A stretch of 54,669 nt of DNA from an uncultured virus (IMG/VR IMGVR_UViG_3300042450_001219) (taxonomy: Duplodnaviria; Heunggongvirae; Uroviricota; Caudoviricetes), in the IMG/VR virus record IMGVR_UViG_3300042450_001219. One strand, 5' to 3'. Position numbers and translations under genes: made by a program. Every line of letters starts with the position of its first letter. The first letter of the stretch is position 1. The notes below the pieces were generated by a model. That model was not told the origin of the DNA. It saw only the letters and a list, made by a program, of their open reading frames with translations, and made no database searches. Below, piece after piece: positions 9,952 to 18,600 of this stretch.

Positions 9952-10073
9952 TAGTGCTCCGCCTTTCTATGTCTGCTTAAAGTGTCATGAGCAAAAATGC
10001 CCCAACGCACTACTAATTCTTTCTTACATACTTCACATACTACAACTCTTGCTGGTGCTACTCTGCTTTCCAT
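9951..10073 (-). CDS. small C2H2-type zinc finger protein (40 aa)
   Basis: Manual translation MESRVAPARVVVCEVCKKELVVRWGIFAHDTLSRHRKAEH; fills the gap and its stop overlaps the next ATG (TAATG). Confidence 0.65.
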   Translation of the reverse strand: MESRVAPARVVVCEVCKKELVVRWGIFAHDTLSRHRKAEH

Positions 10074-10540
10074 ACTGGTACAAAGTTCCCTTCTGTTGTC
10101 TTAGTATACAATATAGTGTTGTGTTTGAGAAGAGCCCTCATCTCATTTCTTGAAGGCATATTATTAGAATAACCTGATTCTAATATAAACTCATGAATGT
10201 CCATAATGTCCGATTCGCTATACATAAACTTATACCATGTGCTATCTGGATTACCTATCGGATATACTTTTTGTGGGTATCTTATCTTCCCGTCCAAAAT
10301 GTAATCTTCTATAGTAACCTTATGCTTGCCAAGCATTTGAGCTACTTGACTAGTTGAATATGCATTCTCCATAGTTTTTAAAACTTGTGAATAAGAATAC
10401 AACAATCTTTTTTTATCAGGATAGCACCAAGCAACCATTTGGTCTTTAGATCTTGAATGACTTAATACTTTATGTATCTTGTTATTTAAGAAGAAATACC
10501 GAATGCTTTTAGTTGGCTGTTTTCTCTTTTTTCTATCCAT
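10058..10540 (-). CDS. helix-turn-helix DNA-binding protein (MerR/excisionase-like)
   Basis: YSTSQVAQMLGKHKVTIEDYILDGKI winged-HTH pattern. Confidence 0.7.
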   Translation of the reverse strand: MDRKKRKQPTKSIRYFFLNNKIHKVLSHSRSKDQMVAWCYPDKKRLLYSYSQVLKTMENAYSTSQVAQMLGKHKVTIEDYILDGKIRYPQKVYPIGNPDSTWYKFMYSESDIMDIHEFILESGYSNNMPSRNEMRALLKHNTILYTKTTEGNFVPVWKAE

Positions 10541-10674
10541 TTACCTAGTGCACTCGTATCCTTATTAATCATCCATCTTTTACCGCACATCATGCAGAAA
10601 AGCTCTACGTGTAATTTTTGTGAGAATACTCTATCTACAAAAACCCTACCTTGACACTTATTGCATTTCATCAT
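10486..10674 (-). CDS. small zinc-ribbon protein
   Basis: CNKC...CMMCGKRW. Confidence 0.75.
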   Translation of the reverse strand: MMKCNKCQGRVFVDRVFSQKLHVELFCMMCGKRWMINKDTSALGKWIEKRENSQLKAFGISS

Positions 10675-11471
10675 AATGTAAATAGCTTCCCATCAACAAC
10701 ACATGAATAATCTGGTGCCACATGTATCATCTGAATATGTGGGTAATCATTTACAATATGCGCTATAGCAAAACCTTTTTGCCAATCATGGTGTTGCATA
10801 TACTTCATTCCTGGACCCTTTTCATCACACATATGCCCAAGTTCATAACCTCTAAGGGTTTCTCCTTGACCACCGTTTCTTAATTCATAGGTAACAAGGT
10901 GGGAAGCAATTCTGTGTGAGTGCCCTCTAATTAAAGATACCTGCAAATCTTCCATATCTTTACGAACAGATCCAGTTGCTGCAATTGAAAGCCCATGGTG
11001 AACATGGATATCTCCAAAGCGGCGCTTTGGCAATTCGTTGTAATGTATATATTCATAACCTAAAGAGTCTAGACCCCATAGTGCTTCTGGAGTAACCTCA
11101 TTAATATAATCTGGTAGCTTTGCGTCTACATAATTAAAAATTCTAACATCGTGGTTTCCTAGTGCTGAAAAAAGCTGAGCGTCTGGAAGCATCTCTCTTG
11201 TTTTTGTGTAAAAGTCTCTAGCTCCTTTTGCCTCATGTCGCATCATTGGAACAATAAGATCTCTACTGTCAGTCTTGTGAAGGTTTAAAAATTCTGCTGA
11301 GCGTCCTTCAGTATACTTGCTGTAGCATGCTTGGTCATCTGTATCTCCAAGGTAGTCTACCACGTCTGGCTTAAACCATTTCATAACCTTAAACCAAAGT
11401 GCGATCATATTGTCATCCTGATATGGAAATTGCTGGTCGGATGAAATCATCCACTTTAAATCGTTACTCAT
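10671..11471 (-). CDS. calcineurin-like metallophosphoesterase
   Basis: SDQQ, LGDTDD, GNHD, HHG, GHSH motifs in canonical order. Confidence 0.85.
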   Translation of the reverse strand: MSNDLKWMISSDQQFPYQDDNMIALWFKVMKWFKPDVVDYLGDTDDQACYSKYTEGRSAEFLNLHKTDSRDLIVPMMRHEAKGARDFYTKTREMLPDAQLFSALGNHDVRIFNYVDAKLPDYINEVTPEALWGLDSLGYEYIHYNELPKRRFGDIHVHHGLSIAATGSVRKDMEDLQVSLIRGHSHRIASHLVTYELRNGGQGETLRGYELGHMCDEKGPGMKYMQHHDWQKGFAIAHIVNDYPHIQMIHVAPDYSCVVDGKLFTL

Positions 11472-11492
11472 GAAAACCCTTAATATATATAA

Positions 11493-11512
11493 AAGCCACG
11501 ATATCGTGGCTT
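11493..11512. other. perfect 20-bp palindrome (operator or terminator/attenuator hairpin)
   Basis: AAGCCACGAT-ATCGTGGCTT; on the minus strand followed by TTATATATATT; lies between a promoter and the phosphoesterase start. Confidence 0.6.
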
Positions 11513-11524
11513 AATCTTATACCA

Positions 11525-11552
11525 ATTGTAACATATTAAGCTAGTGTGTCAA
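11525..11552 (-). promoter_or_regulatory. sigma70-type promoter for the replication module
   Basis: TTGACA-N16-TACAAT with extended -10 TG (TGTTACAAT). Confidence 0.7.
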
Positions 11553-11563
11553 TAGATGTACTA

Positions 11564-11992
11564 CTACAGTGTAGAAGGTTTAATTGCAGCGCTTATCCAA
11601 TGGAAATTAAATGGACCTAATTTATAGTCTGAATAAACAACTATCTTTGCAGTTCCGTTATTAGTTACCTCGCCAGATATTGACCATCTGATATTGCTGG
11701 CCTTTGGGTCTTTAAGCTTTGGGGATGCAACTATAAAAGCATCTGTGTATTCTTCTCCCCAACCAGGATTTACATCTACCGAGACTGGATCTGCTTTGGC
11801 GGTTATTCCATTTTCAAATCTAGCCATGCCAGATCTTATATGATGTATTCCAAGTGTTGTGATATCACCTGCTGTAGTCTTACTTAAATTATAAGATTGA
11901 TCTGATATTTCTTTTATTTGATCTATCTGATTTTGAAGATTCTGTAGCTTTTTTGGATCTGCTGGCTCTCCATCTGCCCATACTTCGCCCAT
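11564..11992 (-). CDS. hypothetical protein, possibly a small virion/tail protein (142 aa)
   Basis: ORF track; short N-terminal coiled coil then beta-rich domain ending FHWISAA; GGAGG RBS. Confidence 0.7.
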   Translation of the reverse strand: MGEVWADGEPADPKKLQNLQNQIDQIKEISDQSYNLSKTTAGDITTLGIHHIRSGMARFENGITAKADPVSVDVNPGWGEEYTDAFIVASPKLKDPKASNIRWSISGEVTNNGTAKIVVYSDYKLGPFNFHWISAAIKPSTL

Positions 11993-11993
11993 T

Positions 11994-12167
11994 TTATGCC
12001 TCCTCTAACTTAGAATCAATTGATTTAGCATAGCTTTCTTTTTCCTGCTGTGCATTCATTAATTCTGTTAGTTCCGCCCTTAATACTGCGATCTGAGTCT
12101 CATATCCAGAAACTAGTTGCCCAATTCTTTCTTGCAGGGCATTAACAATTAATTCTAATTTTTCCAT
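11994..12167 (-). CDS. small coiled-coil protein (57 aa)
   Basis: Manual translation MEKLELIVNALQERIGQLVSGYETQIAVLRAELTELMNAQQEKESYAKSIDSKLEEA. Confidence 0.7.
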   Translation of the reverse strand: MEKLELIVNALQERIGQLVSGYETQIAVLRAELTELMNAQQEKESYAKSIDSKLEEA

Positions 12168-12173
12168 TTTTAC

Positions 12174-12398
12174 CTACTCGGCTAGCTCATTTACTTCTGC
12201 AAGTTCTGAGTTTAGAACATCCAGTTGATTATTACATTCATCAATAGCATTAGTTAAATTTGTAACAGCTTCTTCTAATGGTTCGCTTTTATTGTTTTCA
12301 ACAACAAGATCTATTCCAAGGCTATATTTTTTATATTCTATAGCCTTTAGTCTTGCTTCAATAATTTGAATCTTGTCTTCTTTTTTTAATGTGGTCAT
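12174..12398 (-). CDS. small coiled-coil protein (74 aa)
   Basis: ORF track; GAGGAGG RBS. Confidence 0.75.
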   Translation of the reverse strand: MTTLKKEDKIQIIEARLKAIEYKKYSLGIDLVVENNKSEPLEEAVTNLTNAIDECNNQLDVLNSELAEVNELAE

Positions 12399-12414
12399 TT
12401 TTTCCTCCTCGTTT

Positions 12415-12442
12415 ATTATACCATTTAGGTTATATTAGTCAA
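12415..12442 (-). promoter_or_regulatory. sigma70-type promoter
   Basis: TTGACT-N16-TATAAT with extended -10 (TGGTATAAT). Confidence 0.7.
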
Positions 12443-12523
12443 TAGTATCATATTACTATTTAATACATCTTACCGCCGCGACAGGAAGAACGGTGTGAGT
12501 AACGGTGGGAATAACGTTCATCA

Positions 12524-15500
12524 TCAAGTTGTTGTAAAGGTTGTTGAGGCAGATGCTGAGGTTCCAGTTTGCGATGCCCCTGAGTAAACAGTTACCGTAA
12601 CAGTATATTCTGTTAAACGGGTTGCTCCAGTAACTTGTCTACTTCTAACGGTGGAACCACCAGTGGCTCCATTAAGAGCTGTGGAAGGAGAGGTTGCAAT
12701 AGAATATGAAGCCTGACCAGTAGAAGTCCAGGTTATAACTGCTCCAGTTCTAATTATGTTACTAGCTGTAATACTAGAAATTGTTGGGGCTGATGGGAAG
12801 AACGGTGGGAAGAACGGTGGGAAGAACGGTGGGAAGAATGGTGGGAAGAACGGGAAGAACGGCGGGAAGAACGGTGGGAAGAATGGTGGGAAGAACGGTG
12901 GGAAGAATGGGCCGACTGCAACTCTTGTTCCAGATACTCCAGGGCTAGACCAAGCTCCGTTGCCAACACTATTTTTTGCACGAACGTAGTAGTTGTTTGT
13001 GCCTACTGGGGCTCCAGTCCATACTGTAGTTATTATTGCTCCAACGGTGTGATCTGGGGTGTCGCTTGCTGATGGTACTCCGCCATACCAAATATCATAT
13101 CCAGTTGCGCCACTTACCTCAGTCCAAGATATCTCTACTCCGTCTGATCTAGTTGTAGAACAAGTTACTCCTGTAACCTGCGTTGGAAGTGATGGGAAGA
13201 ACGGTGGGAAGAACGGTGGGAAGAACGGTGGGAAGAATGGTGGGAAGAACGGACCAGCTGCTGCATTGACAGAAACTGCAGCAGAACGTGAGGCAGTTGA
13301 TGATCCACCTGAGTTAGTTGCCACTACGTCACAATACAAAGCGGACCCATATAGGGTTCTGTAGTTTGCTGGAGGCCTGTATGTTTGTCCTGTGCTTGTA
13401 AATGGAGATACAATACTTGCTGGTGCAGCTGGGTAAACGCTTCCTTGATCAAAGTATCTCCACTGATATGTAAAAGAAGTTGGAGAGTTAGTCCATGTTC
13501 CATCAGTAGTTGTGTATGTTGTAACTCCCTGTGTTCCAGTGCTAGGTGTTACAACTGGAGCTGTAAGTATTGTTGGAGCAACGACTGGCTTTATTGCTGT
13601 AATTAAAGTAAAGTTATCATCTACTCCATCTCTGCTAGTATTTCTAGTCATTCCTGCTACTGCAAAGTTGTCTGATGTTTGCAATGTAGATTCAGCCCAT
13701 GTTTGCGTAACAACATTATTATTATAAACAGCATTAGTGCTGTAAGAATCTACCCCGTTACTAATAAAATTAACATCAACTATGTTTGAGTCATAATAAA
13801 ATTTTGCTTGATATTCTGATATTTTTGTAGCATCTTGCCAATCAGCGCCTTTCCATCTTATATAAAAATTTGTAGAGTCTGAATAATGATATAGGAAAGT
13901 TTGCCTCTGGTCTCTCATTATAGGTGTTAAAAATACTCCAGTTATTGGTGGAGTTGATCCTGTTGACGTACTAGTTCCTATTCCAATAAAACCATTTGTT
14001 GATATATAAACATTTGTATTATTAGTAAAATTGCTTGGGAGGGTAACTCTTCTTTTAGCTAATGCTAACTGATTATTTGCATAGTAAGTATAGCTTAAAG
14101 AAGAAGTTGAGGATGTTGAAGTTGGCTTTGCTATAGAAGACAAGGAGGTTGGTGAGCCTGCAGTCCCAGCTCTAGTAGCTCCCGTCTGATTTAATCCAGA
14201 GTATGCCGTTACGCTATTTATAGATACAGTTGGATTAGAGGCTCCACCTACTGTAATGGTAAGTGGCATTGAATTTGTGTTTGATATGTATGTGCCATTT
14301 CCTCCTGATGCTCCAGACAAGTTCCAGCTTACAGCCCAGCTCTGCGCTCCAGACGTTGTGCTTACGTTAACATTTATTAATCTTGATTTTCCATATGCTT
14401 TAGTAAATGTGCTTATTGAAGAGCTTGAAGCAGAAGGAGATATGCTTAAAATCGCATCAGATGTACCTCCAGTAGGAACAAAATTTCCTGAAGAATTATA
14501 TTGATTTAATGTTGTTACTGCTTGAGTAATTGGTGCAGATATCGTTCCCCCCGTATTAGATCCAGCACCATAACTCAAAAGATCATAGGACTCAGTATCA
14601 GAAGGAAAAGATGCAGCCATTTCAACAAGAACGGTGTTTGATGTGGAAGAAACTCTAGTTTGTGTAGGCGCAGAAGGCGTAGTTACAGAGCTTACATTTG
14701 TCAATGAATATGTAAATGTACTTGGAGCTGAGGCAACTACATTAGTAGTCACTACTGAGACTTCAACACCAGTTGCCATACCCAGATCATAATCTGTTCC
14801 AGAGTTCTGTCTTGTTTCTGTAACATATAAATATTTACCATTGTCTGCTTCTACTGGAGTGTAAGATGCTCCATTTGCAAGAAAAGTTCCGCCGACTGTT
14901 GTGTTTGTTGAATTTCTATGCCATTGTACAAACGTGCTACGTGGTTTGTATGCTTCTCCAGCTTCCCATGTTGATGAATATGTTATTGGTGTTCCAACTG
15001 ACGGGCTATTTGTACTTAAGCTTGCTGTTAAATTTATAGGACTTTCTCTAATAACTTTTACTCTTGTTGAAAAAGACACACCATTGTATTGAGAGTTGGA
15101 TGAATTGTTTGCTGTAACTTCAAATGCTAAATATTGCTCATCCGCATTTGCTGAGTTGGTTGATGTCCATATTGCATATGGTAATTGATCTTGTCCACTA
15201 CCTGTAGAGTTTGGTGCTACAACAGACCAAGTTGTTCCGCTTCTTAAGGTTGTTAATAAATCTGTACCATTCTGATCGTAAAGTTTCCATCTGTATGTAT
15301 ATGATGATACATTCCATCCATTTAAATCCCAGTCAGCATTATTTCCAAAATAGGAGTCGCCTATTCTAATTACTGGATAAGTGGAATTAGGCATTCTTCC
15401 TGCATATGCATCTGATGCAAGGTATCCAATATATGGAACTCTTGTAGCAAAAATTCCTGACAGGGGCCAAACCTTAAGCCACTGAGTGGTATTTTTAATC

Positions 15501-15616
15501 CATACGCCAGCTGCCGCCTTCCATCCACCAGATCCAGTAGTACTCTTAACAAAAAGATTAGTTATTTTTTTCCAACCACCAGAGCCCGTAGTGCTTTTAA
15601 TAAAAATGTCTGACAT
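12524..15616 (-). CDS. tail fibre / adhesin with Ig- and FN3-like domains and PPFF-repeat linkers (1030 aa)
   Basis: Ser/Thr-rich; N-terminal KSTTGSGGWK duplication; Ig-like GTWTNSPTSFTYQW...CDVVATNSGG; FN3-like ISWTEVSGATGYDIW...YYVRAKNSVGNG; last gene of the tail block. Confidence 0.8.
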   Translation of the reverse strand: MSDIFIKSTTGSGGWKKITNLFVKSTTGSGGWKAAAGVWIKNTTQWLKVWPLSGIFATRVPYIGYLASDAYAGRMPNSTYPVIRIGDSYFGNNADWDLNGWNVSSYTYRWKLYDQNGTDLLTTLRSGTTWSVVAPNSTGSGQDQLPYAIWTSTNSANADEQYLAFEVTANNSSNSQYNGVSFSTRVKVIRESPINLTASLSTNSPSVGTPITYSSTWEAGEAYKPRSTFVQWHRNSTNTTVGGTFLANGASYTPVEADNGKYLYVTETRQNSGTDYDLGMATGVEVSVVTTNVVASAPSTFTYSLTNVSSVTTPSAPTQTRVSSTSNTVLVEMAASFPSDTESYDLLSYGAGSNTGGTISAPITQAVTTLNQYNSSGNFVPTGGTSDAILSISPSASSSSISTFTKAYGKSRLINVNVSTTSGAQSWAVSWNLSGASGGNGTYISNTNSMPLTITVGGASNPTVSINSVTAYSGLNQTGATRAGTAGSPTSLSSIAKPTSTSSTSSLSYTYYANNQLALAKRRVTLPSNFTNNTNVYISTNGFIGIGTSTSTGSTPPITGVFLTPIMRDQRQTFLYHYSDSTNFYIRWKGADWQDATKISEYQAKFYYDSNIVDVNFISNGVDSYSTNAVYNNNVVTQTWAESTLQTSDNFAVAGMTRNTSRDGVDDNFTLITAIKPVVAPTILTAPVVTPSTGTQGVTTYTTTDGTWTNSPTSFTYQWRYFDQGSVYPAAPASIVSPFTSTGQTYRPPANYRTLYGSALYCDVVATNSGGSSTASRSAAVSVNAAAGPFFPPFFPPFFPPFFPPFFPSLPTQVTGVTCSTTRSDGVEISWTEVSGATGYDIWYGGVPSASDTPDHTVGAIITTVWTGAPVGTNNYYVRAKNSVGNGAWSSPGVSGTRVAVGPFFPPFFPPFFPPFFPPFFPFFPPFFPPFFPPFFPPFFPSAPTISSITASNIIRTGAVITWTSTGQASYSIATSPSTALNGATGGSTVRSRQVTGATRLTEYTVTVTVYSGASQTGTSASASTTFTTT
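12794..12910 (-). repeat. coding tandem repeat [PFF(PPFF)4]x2 + P
   Basis: 12-bp unit CC(A/G)CC(A/G)TTCTTC with one internal 9-bp unit; 117 bp, 39 codons. Confidence 0.97.
13193..13252 (-). repeat. coding tandem repeat PFF(PPFF)4 + P
   Basis: Same 12-bp unit; 60 bp, 20 codons. Confidence 0.97.
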
Positions 15617-15624
15617 CTATTATC

Positions 15625-18600
15625 CTATGCGAACTGAATATATATGTCGCCACGGATGCCATCTGCAGCCGATGCTAGTTTAGGATCAGTACCCATACTT
15701 ATATTTCTAAAAACTGGCTCAGTAAGAACTGCAGAAGCAAGATTTTTTACATACAAAGAATTAAATGTAGCATAAGATGAATCTATTGTCAGCCCTCCAA
15801 TGCTATTACCTGCTGCATTAGTTACCTGAAGAGAAACTGATGAAGGTGAAAGACTTACCATTCCAGCAGAAGATGGGAAAGCAGAATAATCTCCGCCAGC
15901 ACCTGAAGCAATAATCGTTTGATTTCCTGCATACACAAATGCTCTTCCAATAACAACGGCGTTAGTTCCAAGCCATTCTAATTGATTGTTTGATGAATTC
16001 ATTCTCAGGGATCCGTTAAAGTTTCCAGATGTCGATATATTAGATCCAGTTATAGTGCCACCTGTTATTGTTCCAGTAGAAGTTATATTTCCAGCAAACG
16101 TTCCGCTTGTAAATGTAGCTGCTCCAGATGTATTTATTGAAAATCCTGCAGCAGATATTCCATTAAGACCTATTGTTATTGCTCCCCCACCAGCTTTTAC
16201 ATCTCCCAGAAAGTCTCCTGCTGTGGCTTTAATTGTTCCTCTTACTTCGAGTGTCTGGGTAGAATTTGAATATTTAAGATAAGCTAAATTATTACCTACA
16301 TTGAATGCAGGATAGATTGCTCCTCCAGGTCCTGTTTCCCAGCCTAAAAAATATCCTGGCACATCACTTGAATATGTACTTTTTGCAAATATAGTTTGGC
16401 CAATCTGGTATTGGGAGTTTATAGATCCTGGTGTGGGTGAGTTAAACTTTACCGTTAGATTTGAAGCTAAGCTTCCATCTTCACCAAATTTAACTACTTT
16501 TGCCAAAGCATTGTCTGCTTTTTCATTGATTGCAGTTATATTAGTTTGAGCCTGCGATAGATCTCCATCTTTTAATCTAACCCAGGCTGCTGGTGTTACA
16601 GTAGTACTCCACACTTTAAAATAATTAAAATTGATGTCAAACCAAATATCACCAGCTTTGGGAGATGATGGAGCAGTATCTGAAGATGTTGTTGTTGATT
16701 TTTTTTCTGCTTCAGTAAGAGCGCTTGCTGCTTTTATATCTGCTGCAGTTATATCAGAGTCCTTCATTCTTACAAATTGGGTGCCATTATAAACTTTAAA
16801 ATGATTAATTCCAGTATTTGTATCGTACCAGACATCACCTAAAATTGAATTTGTTGGCTGTGTTGGTCCATATGTTGTTTTAGTTTTTTGATTTGCAACT
16901 GCTATCGCAGCCGCAGAATCTTGTGTTACCACCCATGCCGTTCCACTCCAAATTTTTAGCTGATTTCCGTTTGCAGTATCTACCCAAGAATCTCCTTGCT
17001 TGTGACCACCAGCTGGAACTACGGGGGTAGTTCCTGAATAGTAAACCTTAGAAGAATCTGGGACTAGGCCTCCCAAAGAGGATCCAGATTCTAAACTTAC
17101 AACTCCAGATATAATTGCGCCAGTTGCTCGCATTTGACCATTAGCATTTACTTGAAATCCAGCTTGACCGCTTGCTGCATTATTTGCCGTTGGAGATGCA
17201 GTGTTACCTGCCCATAAAACAATATCCGAACCATCATTTCCTTTTGGCTTTATTCCAACGTATCCGCCCGCATTTCCTGCTATGATAGAAGTTGCCCCAG
17301 GTGTAGAACCCGAAGTTAAAGTCATTCCAGAAGAAGATATAGTGCTTGTTCCTACATTCCAACCACCTATTTCTGCACTTGAGGTAATAAACCTTCCAGT
17401 AGTTCCGCTTATAGTTGTTATATCTGGAATTGTCGATGAGCTAAATTTTAATCCAGTGTTGTTTAATATAAAACCAGCTCCAGTAATGCCAGACTGGTTT
17501 TGATTCATTACCCCGCTAAATAATGAACCACCAGAAATTATTTCAACGCTGCCAGAAAAATTTCCTTTCTTTGCTCTTAGGTCACCCTGTACAATAAATG
17601 TTTGCCCATTCCATTGAATATAATTTTCATTGTCTCCGCCAAGTTTAAATAGTGCTGATGCATCTGAATCAATGTACCAATAATTATTTGGATTAAATGT
17701 TATGCCACGCTTACCAGATTCAACTCCATACCCAAACCTAAAGGCATTGCTTGTGTTTCCCGATCCTGGAAATGCTTCAAAGTAACCAGTTGTAGTTACA
17801 TTTGTACCAATAAATGGGGTTCCAGGAACAAGTACGTTTGTTCCGCTAGTATAAGAAATTGATTCTTTATTAAATTCATTAAAAGATCCTACAGCAATTT
17901 CATAGGTAGTCCCAACTGCTAATCCAGCCAGCCTATACTTTGTTCCAGTTCCTGGAGAGTCAACATAAGAAAATTCTTCAAAAGGTGCGGCTGCTTTATA
18001 CGGCCTAAACTTAATCCTATAACCTCTTACGTTTGAAGAGGATACATCTGGAGTCCATGTAAAGTTAATAACTCCATTAAATCCTATAACTCCGCTGCTA
18101 TCTACAGATCCAACTCCAGAAAAAGATGTAGGTTTATTTGGTGCCTGATCATTAAAAGAAACTAATGGGTCTGGCGTTACACTAACAATATTACTATACC
18201 CAGTAAGACCACCGCGTATCTTAGAAAATCTTGCACGTACTTGTCTTGGCGCAGAGTTTCCAGATGAAACATAAACTGGGTTTGAAGAAGAAGAGCCTCT
18301 GTCTACCCAAGTAACACCACTGTCAATACTGTCTTCAATATATATCCTATCAAATTCTGAGTCATTGGTAAATGAAACATTGTAAGATAAAGGACCCTTT
18401 ATTACTGAAATAACTGGAGCGGTAAGTGGATCAGAGTACTTTGTTAAGGCATAGCCAGTTACAAGGCTCGTCTGTAAATTTTTATCTCTAACATAAATAA
18501 AGCTGGCATAGTCTGTTTGAAATGCTGTAACGTTACCAAACACTTTTTGTAAATCGTTTGCAGATATTGTTATTTTTTGTTCTAATGGAGGTATTTTATC

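Noticed and set aside
12518..12526. TGA recoding (Trp/Sec) or an alternative genetic code
   Set aside because: Many genes end in TGA with ATGA overlaps, TGG is used for Trp, and long ORFs are intact under the standard code.
12470..12910. Degenerate repeat copy as a DGR template/variable repeat pair
   Set aside because: Differences are not adenine-specific on either strand and there is no reverse transcriptase in the window.
12756..13364. Plus-strand ORFs with GKNGGKNG repeats and the alternative minus-frame SSHR-repeat ORF
   Set aside because: Shadows of the PPFF arrays. The PPFF frame is continuous with a 1030-aa gene on the strand used by all other genes, and variation is synonymous in that frame.
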